Below, in pieces: positions 20,337 through 29,162 of a stretch of DNA of 64,000 bases. A model generated the notes under the pieces. It made no database searches and was not told where the DNA came from. It was given only the letters and a program-made list of their open reading frames with translations. How positions within the stretch are numbered: the stretch's first letter is position 1; each line of letters starts with the position of its first letter. A program made the translations under genes and the position numbers. The stretch is taken from positions 33,352 through 97,351 of the forward strand of contig JBGSUI010000126.1 of assembly GCA_041736175.1 (NCBI GenBank), written 5' to 3'. The DNA is from Oligoflexales bacterium. Its GTDB lineage: Bacteria > Bdellovibrionota_B > Oligoflexia > Oligoflexales > CAIYRB01.

Positions 20337-20960
20337 TCACTTTGGAAATTTTTCATTCCCCCAAACCACAAAAAGATTGAGTCCCGCTGCGCTCAGTGGC
20401 GGCTTCACAATCGGCATTCTTCCTGCCCGAATCGAACCTAAAGAGACTGCATAGTTTGCAACAACGGCATCATAGGTATCGAGAGCAATATTTTTTGCTG
20501 GATTTGGGGTTGAGTGGCACCCTGCACCAAGACAAGACGCTACCATTTGAGGGGCTATATCTTTGGCATAGCTGGTTGTAGGCGCAGGAGCTGGGGGTGG
20601 GACTGGAGCTGGGGGTGGGACTGGAGTGGGAGTTGGAGCAGGGGGTGGGACTGGAGTGGGAGCTGGGGCAGGGCATGGTTTCTTTTTTGATTTATTCTTC
20701 TTCCCTTCATGATCTTCTTTGAGGCTTAAATCAAAATCGTCGTCTTCATTATTTTTGTTTTTTCCTGAACCCTCCGCACCTCCTCCCGGTGTATTCGTTT
20801 GGCATGTCCCACTATTTGCCTTGTTTTTAGCAAGATCATAACTTTCAACATCTCCCTGATGAGACTCATTAGGGGTTGCTCTAGAAGCAGTTCCAGACCT
20901 AACTTGGGTTCCACAGGAAATTAAAAAAACCGAGAACCAAACACTTCTGAAAGTTTGCAT
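20337..20960 (-). CDS. Pro-rich lipoprotein with C-terminal cytochrome c-like domain (CX4CH)
   Basis: LISC lipobox; PAPTPVPP linker; SYAKDIAP...SCLGAGCH...RMP...PPL. Confidence 0.75.
   Translation of the reverse strand: MQTFRSVWFSVFLISCGTQVRSGTASRATPNESHQGDVESYDLAKNKANSGTCQTNTPGGGAEGSGKNKNNEDDDFDLSLKEDHEGKKNKSKKKPCPAPAPTPVPPPAPTPTPVPPPAPVPPPAPAPTTSYAKDIAPQMVASCLGAGCHSTPNPAKNIALDTYDAVVANYAVSLGSIRAGRMPIVKPPLSAAGLNLFVVWGNEKFPK
20586..20672. repeat. imperfect coding tandem repeat (Pro-rich linker)
   Basis: Repeated GGAGCTGGGGGTGGGACT units encoding PVPPPAP. Confidence 0.8.
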
Positions 20961-21255
20961 AGATCCACCTCGTTTGTTTGTTTTTTCTACGAAGTCACTT
21001 GCCTGCGTAGAACTAATCGAGCCTTCGGTGGCCTGTGCTGAAAATTCAACTGCTTTTTTGAGGGGAGTATTTTAATGTATAACATTATATAGTTATAGGT
21101 AGTCAAATCATTGTGAATTTTACCAAGGCTGAGAGGATGTTTTAAAATCGATTTTATTTCTTGCGGCTGAGCCAAGCTCTTGCTCGGCCCCGTCATAACA
21201 GGTACCCTGATAAGGCCATCGGTAGTCTTGCAACGACCTGAAAAGGCCTCTTTTT

Positions 21256-22149
21256 ATGTCACAACCAGCTGCTCTCCCCATCCTAAAAGCGCGCCAAGTC
21301 GGCAAAGTCTTTGGGACCCAGGTCGCCATCAAGGACCTCAGTCTTGAGATTTATCCCGGAGAGTGCTTTGGACTGTTAGGGCCCAACGGCGCAGGTAAAT
21401 CCACGATGATCAAGATGATCTATGGTGTCGTGAGTCGCAGCAGTGGGGACCTAACGGTGCTGGGTTTTGATCCCCAAAAAGATAGCCGGGCTTTACGGCG
21501 TTACCTGGGTGTGGTGATGCAAGAAGACGCCTTAGATGAGGCCATGACAGTCCGGGAAAACATGCTGATGTTTTCAAGATTTCATGGCATCGCTCGTAAG
21601 GAAGCCGCGCCCCATGTGGATCAGCTTTTGGCAGAGTTGTCCCTCACTGCCAAAAGCCAGGCTCCCATCTTTGCCTTATCGGGCGGCATGAAACGCCGGC
21701 TTGCTTTTGTAAGAGCTCTGATCTGCCGTCCCAAAATCCTCATCTTAGACGAACCCACGACAGGGCTTGATCCCGCGGTGCGCCATGTCCTGTGGGAAAA
21801 AATCCGCCAACTCAAGAGTCAGGGTACGACCATTATCCTGACGACCCACTATATGGACGAAGCGGAGCTGCTCTGTGATCGACTTGTGATCATGGACCAA
21901 GGCGCCCTTAAGGGTGAAGGGAGTCCAAGGCAACTCATCGCCACTCACTGTCCAGGATATATCGTGATCTATCAGGAGGATTTTCAAACTAAAAGACATC
22001 AGTTTACAAGCCTCAAAGCCCTGACAGATCATTTAGAAACGGTCCAAAAGCATGAGTCCCAAGGTGGAGTGCCCACGATGATGCGGCCTTCTAATCTCGA
22101 AGATGTTTTTCTTAAACTCACAGGACGAGAACTCGATGAGCATGCATAG
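21256..22149 (+). CDS. ABC-2 exporter ATP-binding subunit (NodI-like)
   Basis: GPNGAGKST, LSGGMKRR, LDEPTTGLDP, TTHYMDEAE, NLEDVFLKLTGR. Confidence 0.93.
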   Translation: MSQPAALPILKARQVGKVFGTQVAIKDLSLEIYPGECFGLLGPNGAGKSTMIKMIYGVVSRSSGDLTVLGFDPQKDSRALRRYLGVVMQEDALDEAMTVRENMLMFSRFHGIARKEAAPHVDQLLAELSLTAKSQAPIFALSGGMKRRLAFVRALICRPKILILDEPTTGLDPAVRHVLWEKIRQLKSQGTTIILTTHYMDEAELLCDRLVIMDQGALKGEGSPRQLIATHCPGYIVIYQEDFQTKRHQFTSLKALTDHLETVQKHESQGGVPTMMRPSNLEDVFLKLTGRELDEHA

Positions 22150-22930
22150 CCAAGTGGAATCAGGACACCAGTCCCTTCGGCTTTCGGCCCTAGTGGCCCA
22201 CAGGCATTGGACGATCTATAGGCGGAATTTCTGGGCAAATATCTCCCCGACCTTGGTCGATCCGACCCTCTATGTGATTGTCTTTGGGAGTTGGCTTGGC
22301 TCCCAGGTCCAGACCCAGGGCGATAGGTCCTACCTGGCCTTTATGGCACCTGGAATCAGTGCCATGACAGCTTTCTTCACGTCTTTCTTTGAGGGAAGCT
22401 ACGGGTTTTATGTCCGACTCACCTACGAAAACATCTACAAAGCCCTTATGACCACCCCGGTGGGTCCACGGGAGATCTTGCTGGGAGAGATGCTCTGGTT
22501 AGGGCTTAAGTCGGCTATCATGGCAACGGCAGTCAGTCTTGTCCTCGTCGTCCTAGGGATCAGTAAACCACATTATCTCTACCTTATCCCATTGATGGGT
22601 TTTCTGATCGGGACATCCTGTGGCAGCATCGGTCTCCTATCTTGTACTTTTGTGCAAAATATCAACCAATTTCAGTCCGTCTATGCATGGATCATAAGTC
22701 CGATGTTTTTTGTCTCCGGAATGTTTGTCCCTACCAGCGTGATGCCCGATATCATCAAAAAGCTGATTTGGATGTCGCCTTTTTACCATGGAGTCCAGCT
22801 GGCCCAGGGGATCCTTTGGGCAGAAAACGTCGGCGAAGTCCTGTTAGTTCATGGGGGCCTGCTTTTGGTCATGAGCGTAGCCCTCACTTTTTGGATGTGG
22901 CGTCGGATCTATCCAAAACTCTATTTTTAA
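22136..22930 (+). CDS. ABC-2 type permease (NodJ-like)
   Basis: YLAFMAPG, TTPV, PMFFVSGMFVP; about 6 TM segments; overlaps the ATPase stop. Confidence 0.9.
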   Translation: MSMHSQVESGHQSLRLSALVAHRHWTIYRRNFWANISPTLVDPTLYVIVFGSWLGSQVQTQGDRSYLAFMAPGISAMTAFFTSFFEGSYGFYVRLTYENIYKALMTTPVGPREILLGEMLWLGLKSAIMATAVSLVLVVLGISKPHYLYLIPLMGFLIGTSCGSIGLLSCTFVQNINQFQSVYAWIISPMFFVSGMFVPTSVMPDIIKKLIWMSPFYHGVQLAQGILWAENVGEVLLVHGGLLLVMSVALTFWMWRRIYPKLYF

Positions 22931-22943
22931 GTCCTGATACCAT

Positions 22944-24755
22944 TTACAGAACGCTCCCCAACATTCCCAGCCCTTGCCCCACCAGCCATGGGGTATCCCC
23001 CGAGGATGTGGCAAAATCTTGGACCAGCCTCTGGCGCAAAGTGTTTAGCCTTTCCTTGAACGCAGGATCGATCGTCTTAAGGGGGGTTTTGCGGAAATGC
23101 CACACCGCCAAATCCAGGGCATCAAGTCGTAGAAGCCACTCTTCAGGAAACTCCCAGGACAGGAGTTCCGCCTTTAGGAGTGCGGTTTCTAAGGTATCGG
23201 TTTCGTGCTCCCTGCTATCACGGAGCTCCTGATAAGCTGCAAAGGAAGCGACTTCTACCGGGCTATAGGGGGAGGTGCGGGCTGGGGAGGTGGATGCTGT
23301 CCCCATCTCAAACATTCCAAAGTCTGAGGGATCACTGGGACCACCTGCGACGGATAAGATCGACTCGCCCACGGCCCAGTCAAAGTCACCCCAATCAGGC
23401 TGAAAGTAAACACGGCCTGATTTTGTAACGGTGCATCTCTTCCACTTCATCACCAAGATTTGGTCTTTATCCCCACGCACGACTTGGACCAGCTCTCCTT
23501 CGATCTGAAAGCCCGACGTGAGACGAAGGGTTGCAAACTCACCTTTATAAAGGCCCAATTGCGCTAGGTCCCCGTCGCTGAGGGTGGCAAGGGGCCGGTC
23601 GATACGGGCAGCGGCTCTGCCCAAGACGGTGCTAAAACCCTGGGGGTGTTGGGAGACTCCCTGTCCTGCCAGGATTTGGCCTTGGTAGGCAAGCTGGCTG
23701 GGGCCACGCCACCGAACCCACTCGACCCTGCCACGCTCCCCTTGTGGGGCGGAGGCTCCAGTGTCGTCAGTGATCATGTCGTCGATGATGCCGGAGATTT
23801 CGACACCAGAGTCAAGGATGGTGGTGGTGACGGTTCCTGCGTTGTGCCCCTCTTTAAGGGCATAGACGCCGCCCCGTTTGTAGGCCAGGGTGGCTTCAAA
23901 CTCTTCAAGAACCTGTTTAAGGTGGCTGATGCTGTCGGCCACAAATAGCTGGGGTTGGGGCTCGGTGATATCGTAGGCCTGATCCACACAGGCGACGGAA
24001 AGCCGGATTTTTGCTACTTTTGGACTGAGACAGTTTTGACTTTCTCGCACCGACGAAAGAAGGCCGGCTCCATAGATCTTTGGCTCGGTGAGGGAACCGA
24101 GGAGGCCGTATTCAACGGTCCACCAGTTCATACGGGTCACCTTGGCTGCCTCGGACGTGGTGGTGATCTTTGCCGTCGCTGCCTTAAGGGCAGACTCCGC
24201 CTGGGCGATCTGCTCCCTCGTGGAATCCGTGTTTTCCTTAAGATCCGAGAGGATTCGGATCGCCTCATAGAGTTGGAGATCACTGTGGCTTAAAATGGCT
24301 TTTTTGGCCATGGAGGCATAGCGAGTGAGATAGTCGGAGTAGTCCTGATCGGCGAGGATCGGGGCATGTCCTGCGGCCTCATGGACGATGTCCGGTGCAG
24401 GGGTGTAGCCCACGTGGTCGATGGAGCGCATATCGTAGGCTATGGGAAGGATTCTGAGGGATTGAAATTCTAAAAACGCAGCAGGAGGGATAAATCCACA
24501 GACCGGCACAGCACCCCAGCCGAGATCGCGGAGTTTGGAGTCCATGTCTTTGATCATGGGAATACGATCTGTAGTGACCCCCGTTTGAGCGAGCCCCGCT
24601 ATGTAAACAGGGACGGCATAGTCTTTAAAATAAGCCCGGTTTTGGCGCATGATATAGCGCCAAACGGCATGATCTCTCGGTGTGTAGCGATCGTCGTTTT
24701 GTTCGACCACGTATTTGTGCAGATAGTCAGGAAGTCCTTCAAGGGTTGGGTTCAA
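22944..24755 (-). CDS. phhA: aromatic amino acid (phenylalanine) hydroxylase, long form
   Basis: YTPAPDIVHEAAGHAP and WWTVEYGL iron ligands, IYGAGLLSS, YDITEPQPQLFV. Start probably TTG 24755 (GAGGTG RBS). Confidence 0.9.
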   Translation of the reverse strand: MNPTLEGLPDYLHKYVVEQNDDRYTPRDHAVWRYIMRQNRAYFKDYAVPVYIAGLAQTGVTTDRIPMIKDMDSKLRDLGWGAVPVCGFIPPAAFLEFQSLRILPIAYDMRSIDHVGYTPAPDIVHEAAGHAPILADQDYSDYLTRYASMAKKAILSHSDLQLYEAIRILSDLKENTDSTREQIAQAESALKAATAKITTTSEAAKVTRMNWWTVEYGLLGSLTEPKIYGAGLLSSVRESQNCLSPKVAKIRLSVACVDQAYDITEPQPQLFVADSISHLKQVLEEFEATLAYKRGGVYALKEGHNAGTVTTTILDSGVEISGIIDDMITDDTGASAPQGERGRVEWVRWRGPSQLAYQGQILAGQGVSQHPQGFSTVLGRAAARIDRPLATLSDGDLAQLGLYKGEFATLRLTSGFQIEGELVQVVRGDKDQILVMKWKRCTVTKSGRVYFQPDWGDFDWAVGESILSVAGGPSDPSDFGMFEMGTASTSPARTSPYSPVEVASFAAYQELRDSREHETDTLETALLKAELLSWEFPEEWLLRLDALDLAVWHFRKTPLKTIDPAFKERLNTLRQRLVQDFATSSGDTPWLVGQGLGMLGSVL

Positions 24756-24857
24756 ATTCCACCTCACAGGTTGATTCTGCCGTTTGTGATATGATAAGCG
24801 TCTCATACCGTAAAAAAAACTCGACAACACTTTTAGACTGGGGGAGCACTCGTTCAC

Positions 24858-25535
24858 ATGCCGACAAGCCGCCTTAACTTGCTGAGGCTCACCGTGACCT
24901 TACCGCTGGTGTGGTGTTTGAATCCAGCCTTTTTATGGGGTGCTCAGGAAACAGTAGACCTACATGCCAACAAGTTCCAAACCGTCCGTTTTGCCAAAAT
25001 CGAACCTACCATCTACACCGACGACCAGGGTGGTCTAAAGATGCAAGTCAAAAGCTCTGCAGCTTTTTTATTGCAGTCTTTTGAACAGATCAAAAAAATC
25101 AAAAGCCTTCGGTTTCAATGGAAAGCCGACGGCAGCCCCCGCGTCAAAAACCAGGAGCAGGAGCGGGAAAAAGCTGGCGACGACGCTCCCCTGCGGATTG
25201 GGCTCCTGGTGAGTGGTCCAGCACCGACCATTCCGTTTTTTGCCTCGGCTTGGATCAAAGCAGTAAGGGATCACATGAAGCATCCGTCAGACAAGATGAT
25301 CTACGTGGCTGTCGGCACCAAAAATCCCCCAGGGGCTACTTGGGAGAGCCCCTATACGGACAGCATCCAGGTGGTGGTCGCCGGAGATCAGCAACAGTCC
25401 GATGGCTGGCGGCAAGCCCAATTCCAGCCAAAAACGCCCCTCTCCATCGTCGGTCTTTGGATTATGGCCGATGGAGACGATACCAAATCTCAGTTTACCA
25501 CCTGGCTTAGGCAGTTAGTCCTGGAAACCCTGTGA
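24858..25535 (+). CDS. DUF3047-like exported protein
   Basis: Signal peptide; EKAGDDAPLR, WESPY, IMADGDDT. Confidence 0.7.
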   Translation: MPTSRLNLLRLTVTLPLVWCLNPAFLWGAQETVDLHANKFQTVRFAKIEPTIYTDDQGGLKMQVKSSAAFLLQSFEQIKKIKSLRFQWKADGSPRVKNQEQEREKAGDDAPLRIGLLVSGPAPTIPFFASAWIKAVRDHMKHPSDKMIYVAVGTKNPPGATWESPYTDSIQVVVAGDQQQSDGWRQAQFQPKTPLSIVGLWIMADGDDTKSQFTTWLRQLVLETL

Positions 25536-25571
25536 GCTTCTCTAAGGGGAACTCATCTAGAAAGGATTTTT

Positions 25572-25793
25572 ATGTGTATCATCTGTATCGAATTTACCAA
25601 ATCGCGAGATCTCCTTGATGCAAGGCGCATGTTGGCCCACGCCCGTAAGGAGCCCCAAGCGATTGGGGCCGAACACCTTGAGGAGCTGGGAGCAGCCTTG
25701 GACCAAGATCTAGGGACCGCCTTAGACGAAATTAAGAAAATTTCCAAAGACCCCAGTGAGACTCAAGTGACAACGCCTCTGTCGCGGGTTTGA
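25572..25793 (+). CDS. small hypothetical protein with N-terminal CxxC
   Basis: AAGGA RBS; MCIICIEF...EH. Confidence 0.65.
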   Translation: MCIICIEFTKSRDLLDARRMLAHARKEPQAIGAEHLEELGAALDQDLGTALDEIKKISKDPSETQVTTPLSRV

Positions 25794-25834
25794 TCTCCGC
25801 GTAACCTACTGGAATAAATAGATTTAATATAGTT

Positions 25835-25885
25835 TGTATTTCCTACAATACAATTTTCAGGTATTTTTGTATTGATAGGAATACA
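25835..25885. promoter_or_regulatory. tandem palindromic operators TGTATT-N6-AATACA
   Basis: TGTATTtcctacAATACA (25835-25852) and TGTATTgataggAATACA (25868-25885). Confidence 0.7.
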
Positions 25886-25905
25886 GATGTCATTTGGGAG
25901 GTGGT

Positions 25906-27171
25906 ATGGTGTCGATTGATTTAGAGCCTTTTTATAGGTTTCATCAAAATGTTGTGAGTGACATCGTCAGCGCAAAAAAGCGCTATCTCGCTGACCAGAT
26001 TGATTGGAGCGAAAACGCGATCATGGTCGTGGGCGATCGAGGGGTCGGAAAAACCACCATGTTGGTCCAAAGAGCACGCCTAACCTACCGGGATATCGAT
26101 GAATGGTTATATATCGCAGGGGACTATTTTGAGCTCGCGGAAACAAAATTGTATTCCACGGTCGATTCTTATTTTGCTCAAAAAGCTGGAAAATGCATCA
26201 TTCTCGACGAAGTTCATAAATATCCTAATTGGAAAACCGAGCTAAAAAACATTTTAGATGCGTTTCAAAGTAAAAAAATTTTTATTTCTGGAAGTTCCAG
26301 CATACATCTCCTCGAAGGCACAGATTCGCGACGTTCCTCTATCAAAGATTCGAGCACGGATCTTCAGCGGCGCCGGACTCTGTACCTCCTGAAACACCTG
26401 AGTTTTCGGGAATACCTTGATTTTAAACTGGACCTTCAGCTCCCTAGTGTCGGTTTGTCCGAAATGATAGAAAACGCTAGCTCCATCGCTTTGTCGGCCA
26501 TAACCCTTTTGAAAGGAAAGGATATGACAGTCCTTCGTGCTTTCGAAGACTACCTTTTACAGGGGTGTTATCCCTGGTTTTTGTCTGCCCCCAACAGCTA
26601 TGGAAAAAGACTTGAAGGCACGATCAATCAAGTGATTGAGTCTGATATCGCTCTATCCATGGAAATAAATGCCGAGGGCGTTCAAAAAATAAAAAAGCTT
26701 TTTTCCTTGATTGCATCATCAAAACCTTTTAGCCCAAATATTAATTCCCTCTCGCGGGAACTCGGGTCCACACGGGATACGATTTATAAATATATCTCAT
26801 ATATGGAAAAATCTGGTTTAATTCGGATTTTACATGATGAGATAAGCAAGGCGAGTCAGATTCTGACTAGACCCGATAAAATCTGTATTGCTAATCCTAA
26901 CCTTCTGCAAATACCCCATGATATAAGGATGCATTCAGAATATCGCGGATCGATGCGCGAATCATTTTTTGTCTCTAACTTCTCCACACAGGATATTACT
27001 TCGACAAAAAAAGGTGATTTTTGTGTCGGACACTATACTTTCGAAATAGGTGGACCTAACAAGACCGCCTCCCAAATCGAAGGTATTCCAAATTCTTTTG
27101 TAGTTCGGGATGGGCAAGAGATACCGTCCAATAAGTCTTTACCGCTGTGGATGTTTGGTTTTTTGTATTGA
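25906..27171 (+). CDS. AAA_14/DUF4143-type ATPase with wHTH
   Basis: GDRGVGKTT, ILDEVHKYPNW, SGSS, LSFREYL, GDF...FEIGG.NK; AT-rich. Confidence 0.88.
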   Translation: MVSIDLEPFYRFHQNVVSDIVSAKKRYLADQIDWSENAIMVVGDRGVGKTTMLVQRARLTYRDIDEWLYIAGDYFELAETKLYSTVDSYFAQKAGKCIILDEVHKYPNWKTELKNILDAFQSKKIFISGSSSIHLLEGTDSRRSSIKDSSTDLQRRRTLYLLKHLSFREYLDFKLDLQLPSVGLSEMIENASSIALSAITLLKGKDMTVLRAFEDYLLQGCYPWFLSAPNSYGKRLEGTINQVIESDIALSMEINAEGVQKIKKLFSLIASSKPFSPNINSLSRELGSTRDTIYKYISYMEKSGLIRILHDEISKASQILTRPDKICIANPNLLQIPHDIRMHSEYRGSMRESFFVSNFSTQDITSTKKGDFCVGHYTFEIGGPNKTASQIEGIPNSFVVRDGQEIPSNKSLPLWMFGFLY

Positions 27172-27300
27172 ATATTAGCCTATTTAATATACTAATATTA
27201 TTATTGTTTATAAATTAATTATAGTTTTTTATGCTTTTTTCCGAAAAGACTCCTAAGGTGAAAATAGATATTGATTTGATTCGGCGGGAGAGGAGTCATC

Positions 27301-28260
27301 ATGAAGGGCATATTTTGGCTAGCTGTTGTGAGTAGCATAGGGTTGTTGAGCTGCGAGAGTGGCAAAGACACGCGAGAACTGATTTCGGGATCAGAGATGA
27401 AAGGAGCAGCTTCCAGCAGTGGAGAGCCTCAAACTGGCTCCAATGCGGAGCCCAAACCTGACCCCGCCCAGACAAACCCACCCCTCTCGTCTAATGCACC
27501 TAATGGAAACGGACCCCAGGGAGGTGTCTCAACCCCTAATATTCCGACACCTTCGGCACCTACCACGCCCCCCACGTCGTCCCAGCCACCCAGTGGGCCG
27601 AGCTCCCCCCAGACACCCCCACCTCCAGCCGTGGTAAGCCTTGAGGAGTGTGCTAACCAAAAGAAAGCGTGGCCCGCGGTCGTCAACCAAAAGCAACCAA
27701 CCCAATGCGGTGACCAACTCGTCGACTGGTGCTGTACCCGTGAAGAAATAAAAGCACGGTTTCCGACATTAGCTTTAACATTAGAGGAAAAATTTAAAAA
27801 GCAGGCTGACACGGACCAATTTGTCCTCTATCAATGCTCGTTTAACCTTACGGGTTCGCCCCAAAAAGGCATCCAGTATACCTTTCATTTTGCTAAGGTC
27901 GTCGAACCCCAGGTCTTTTACCAACCTATAAATGTTTATAATATCACGGCGACAACACCAGCTCAGCCACAAAACCCTTGTCCTCCTCCTGTGACCGTGG
28001 ACAAGCTAAAAAAGCCGCCGACTCTCCCTGCGCCGGATTTTGTGGCTGTGATCAAACCAATCCTCGACGCCAAGTGCGGTGGGACCAACTGTCACGGAGC
28101 GGCGACCACCTTGGGGGCTGCCTTAGACTTTAGTGTTCCCGCTAATCTCAAGAAAGCCAATCAGGCGTTTTTGTTTTCTATGCCACCGGCGAGTGCTGGA
28201 AAACCCCCCTTGACGGGAGCAGAGGTCAAGGCACTCACAGATTATATGGCTACGCCTTAG
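27301..28260 (+). CDS. Pro-rich lipoprotein with Cys-rich middle domain and C-terminal cytochrome c-like domain (CX4CH)
   Basis: LLSC lipobox; DFVAVIKPILDAKCGGTNCH...SMPP...PPL. Confidence 0.75.
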   Translation: MKGIFWLAVVSSIGLLSCESGKDTRELISGSEMKGAASSSGEPQTGSNAEPKPDPAQTNPPLSSNAPNGNGPQGGVSTPNIPTPSAPTTPPTSSQPPSGPSSPQTPPPPAVVSLEECANQKKAWPAVVNQKQPTQCGDQLVDWCCTREEIKARFPTLALTLEEKFKKQADTDQFVLYQCSFNLTGSPQKGIQYTFHFAKVVEPQVFYQPINVYNITATTPAQPQNPCPPPVTVDKLKKPPTLPAPDFVAVIKPILDAKCGGTNCHGAATTLGAALDFSVPANLKKANQAFLFSMPPASAGKPPLTGAEVKALTDYMATP

Positions 28261-28389
28261 GGCTCGTCACACTCTTCTAAATCCTCTCTGATGAGAGCGT
28301 TTGATTTTTGAGTCTATCTAAGCCAGGATAGGGTCGGTCGTCAAACCGCGCCCTTCCCGCTCAAAGTCAAAACCCTAGGAGAGACTTCT

Positions 28390-29082
28390 ATGACCGCCTC
28401 TGATCTCTATATTAAGCAAATTCCCGTAGGTCCGATGCAAAATTTCGCCTATCTGATCGGCAGCCAGTCTCGGGGCGAATGTTTTGCCGTTGATCCTGCC
28501 TGGGAGCCCCAGAAGGTGATCGATGAAGCGGCCAATGACCAGATGAAAATCAAGGGTCTTTTGGTCACCCACTATCATCAAGACCATTGTGGCGGGAGTT
28601 ATGGTGGCCACCAGATCCCTGGTGTTGCCGAACTTCACGCCACCCTTGGCGTTAAGGTCTATGCCAACACCCATGAAGTCGACGGGATCATCAAAGTGAC
28701 GGGTTTAGCGAAAAACGACTTTCATATCTGCCACGGAGGGGATGTGCTGGACGTGGGGGGGATTAACCTAAAGCTTATTCACACTCCAGGGCACACACCT
28801 GGAAGCCAGTGTCTGCTTTGTGAGAGTCGGCTGATTTCTGGAGATACGCTCTTTATTTCGGGGTGTGGCCGGGTGGATCTACCCGGTGGAAACGGACCGC
28901 AGCTCTATGAGAGTCTGAGAAAGATATCGACCCTTCCCGGTGATACAGAAGTCTTGCCAGGTCACCATTATGATCCCCAGGCTACGGCGTCCCTTGATTA
29001 TATCAAAAAGGTGAATCCCTACCTCCGGGAAGCGACTGTCGAGGGCTTTCGCTCCCTAAGGGAAAAACCACGGGAAACCTAA
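28390..29082 (+). CDS. MBL-fold metallo-hydrolase (glyoxalase II-like)
   Basis: THYHQDH, HTPGHTPG, SGDTLF..GCGR, PGH. Confidence 0.93.
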   Translation: MTASDLYIKQIPVGPMQNFAYLIGSQSRGECFAVDPAWEPQKVIDEAANDQMKIKGLLVTHYHQDHCGGSYGGHQIPGVAELHATLGVKVYANTHEVDGIIKVTGLAKNDFHICHGGDVLDVGGINLKLIHTPGHTPGSQCLLCESRLISGDTLFISGCGRVDLPGGNGPQLYESLRKISTLPGDTEVLPGHHYDPQATASLDYIKKVNPYLREATVEGFRSLREKPRET

Positions 29083-29162
29083 GCGCCGCCCTTTTCAGTT
29101 CGAACTGGGACCGGTCCGACTTTTTTGGTATGATGACAGCAACGAAATAAGAGGAAACTGTC

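Noticed and set aside
20586..20672. short repeats as a possible CRISPR array (also 47875-47918)
   Set aside because: In-frame coding repeats without unique spacers, and no cas genes.
21256..22930. NodI/NodJ as evidence of nodulation-factor export
   Set aside because: Generic ABC-2 exporter subfamily; no nodABC genes in the window.
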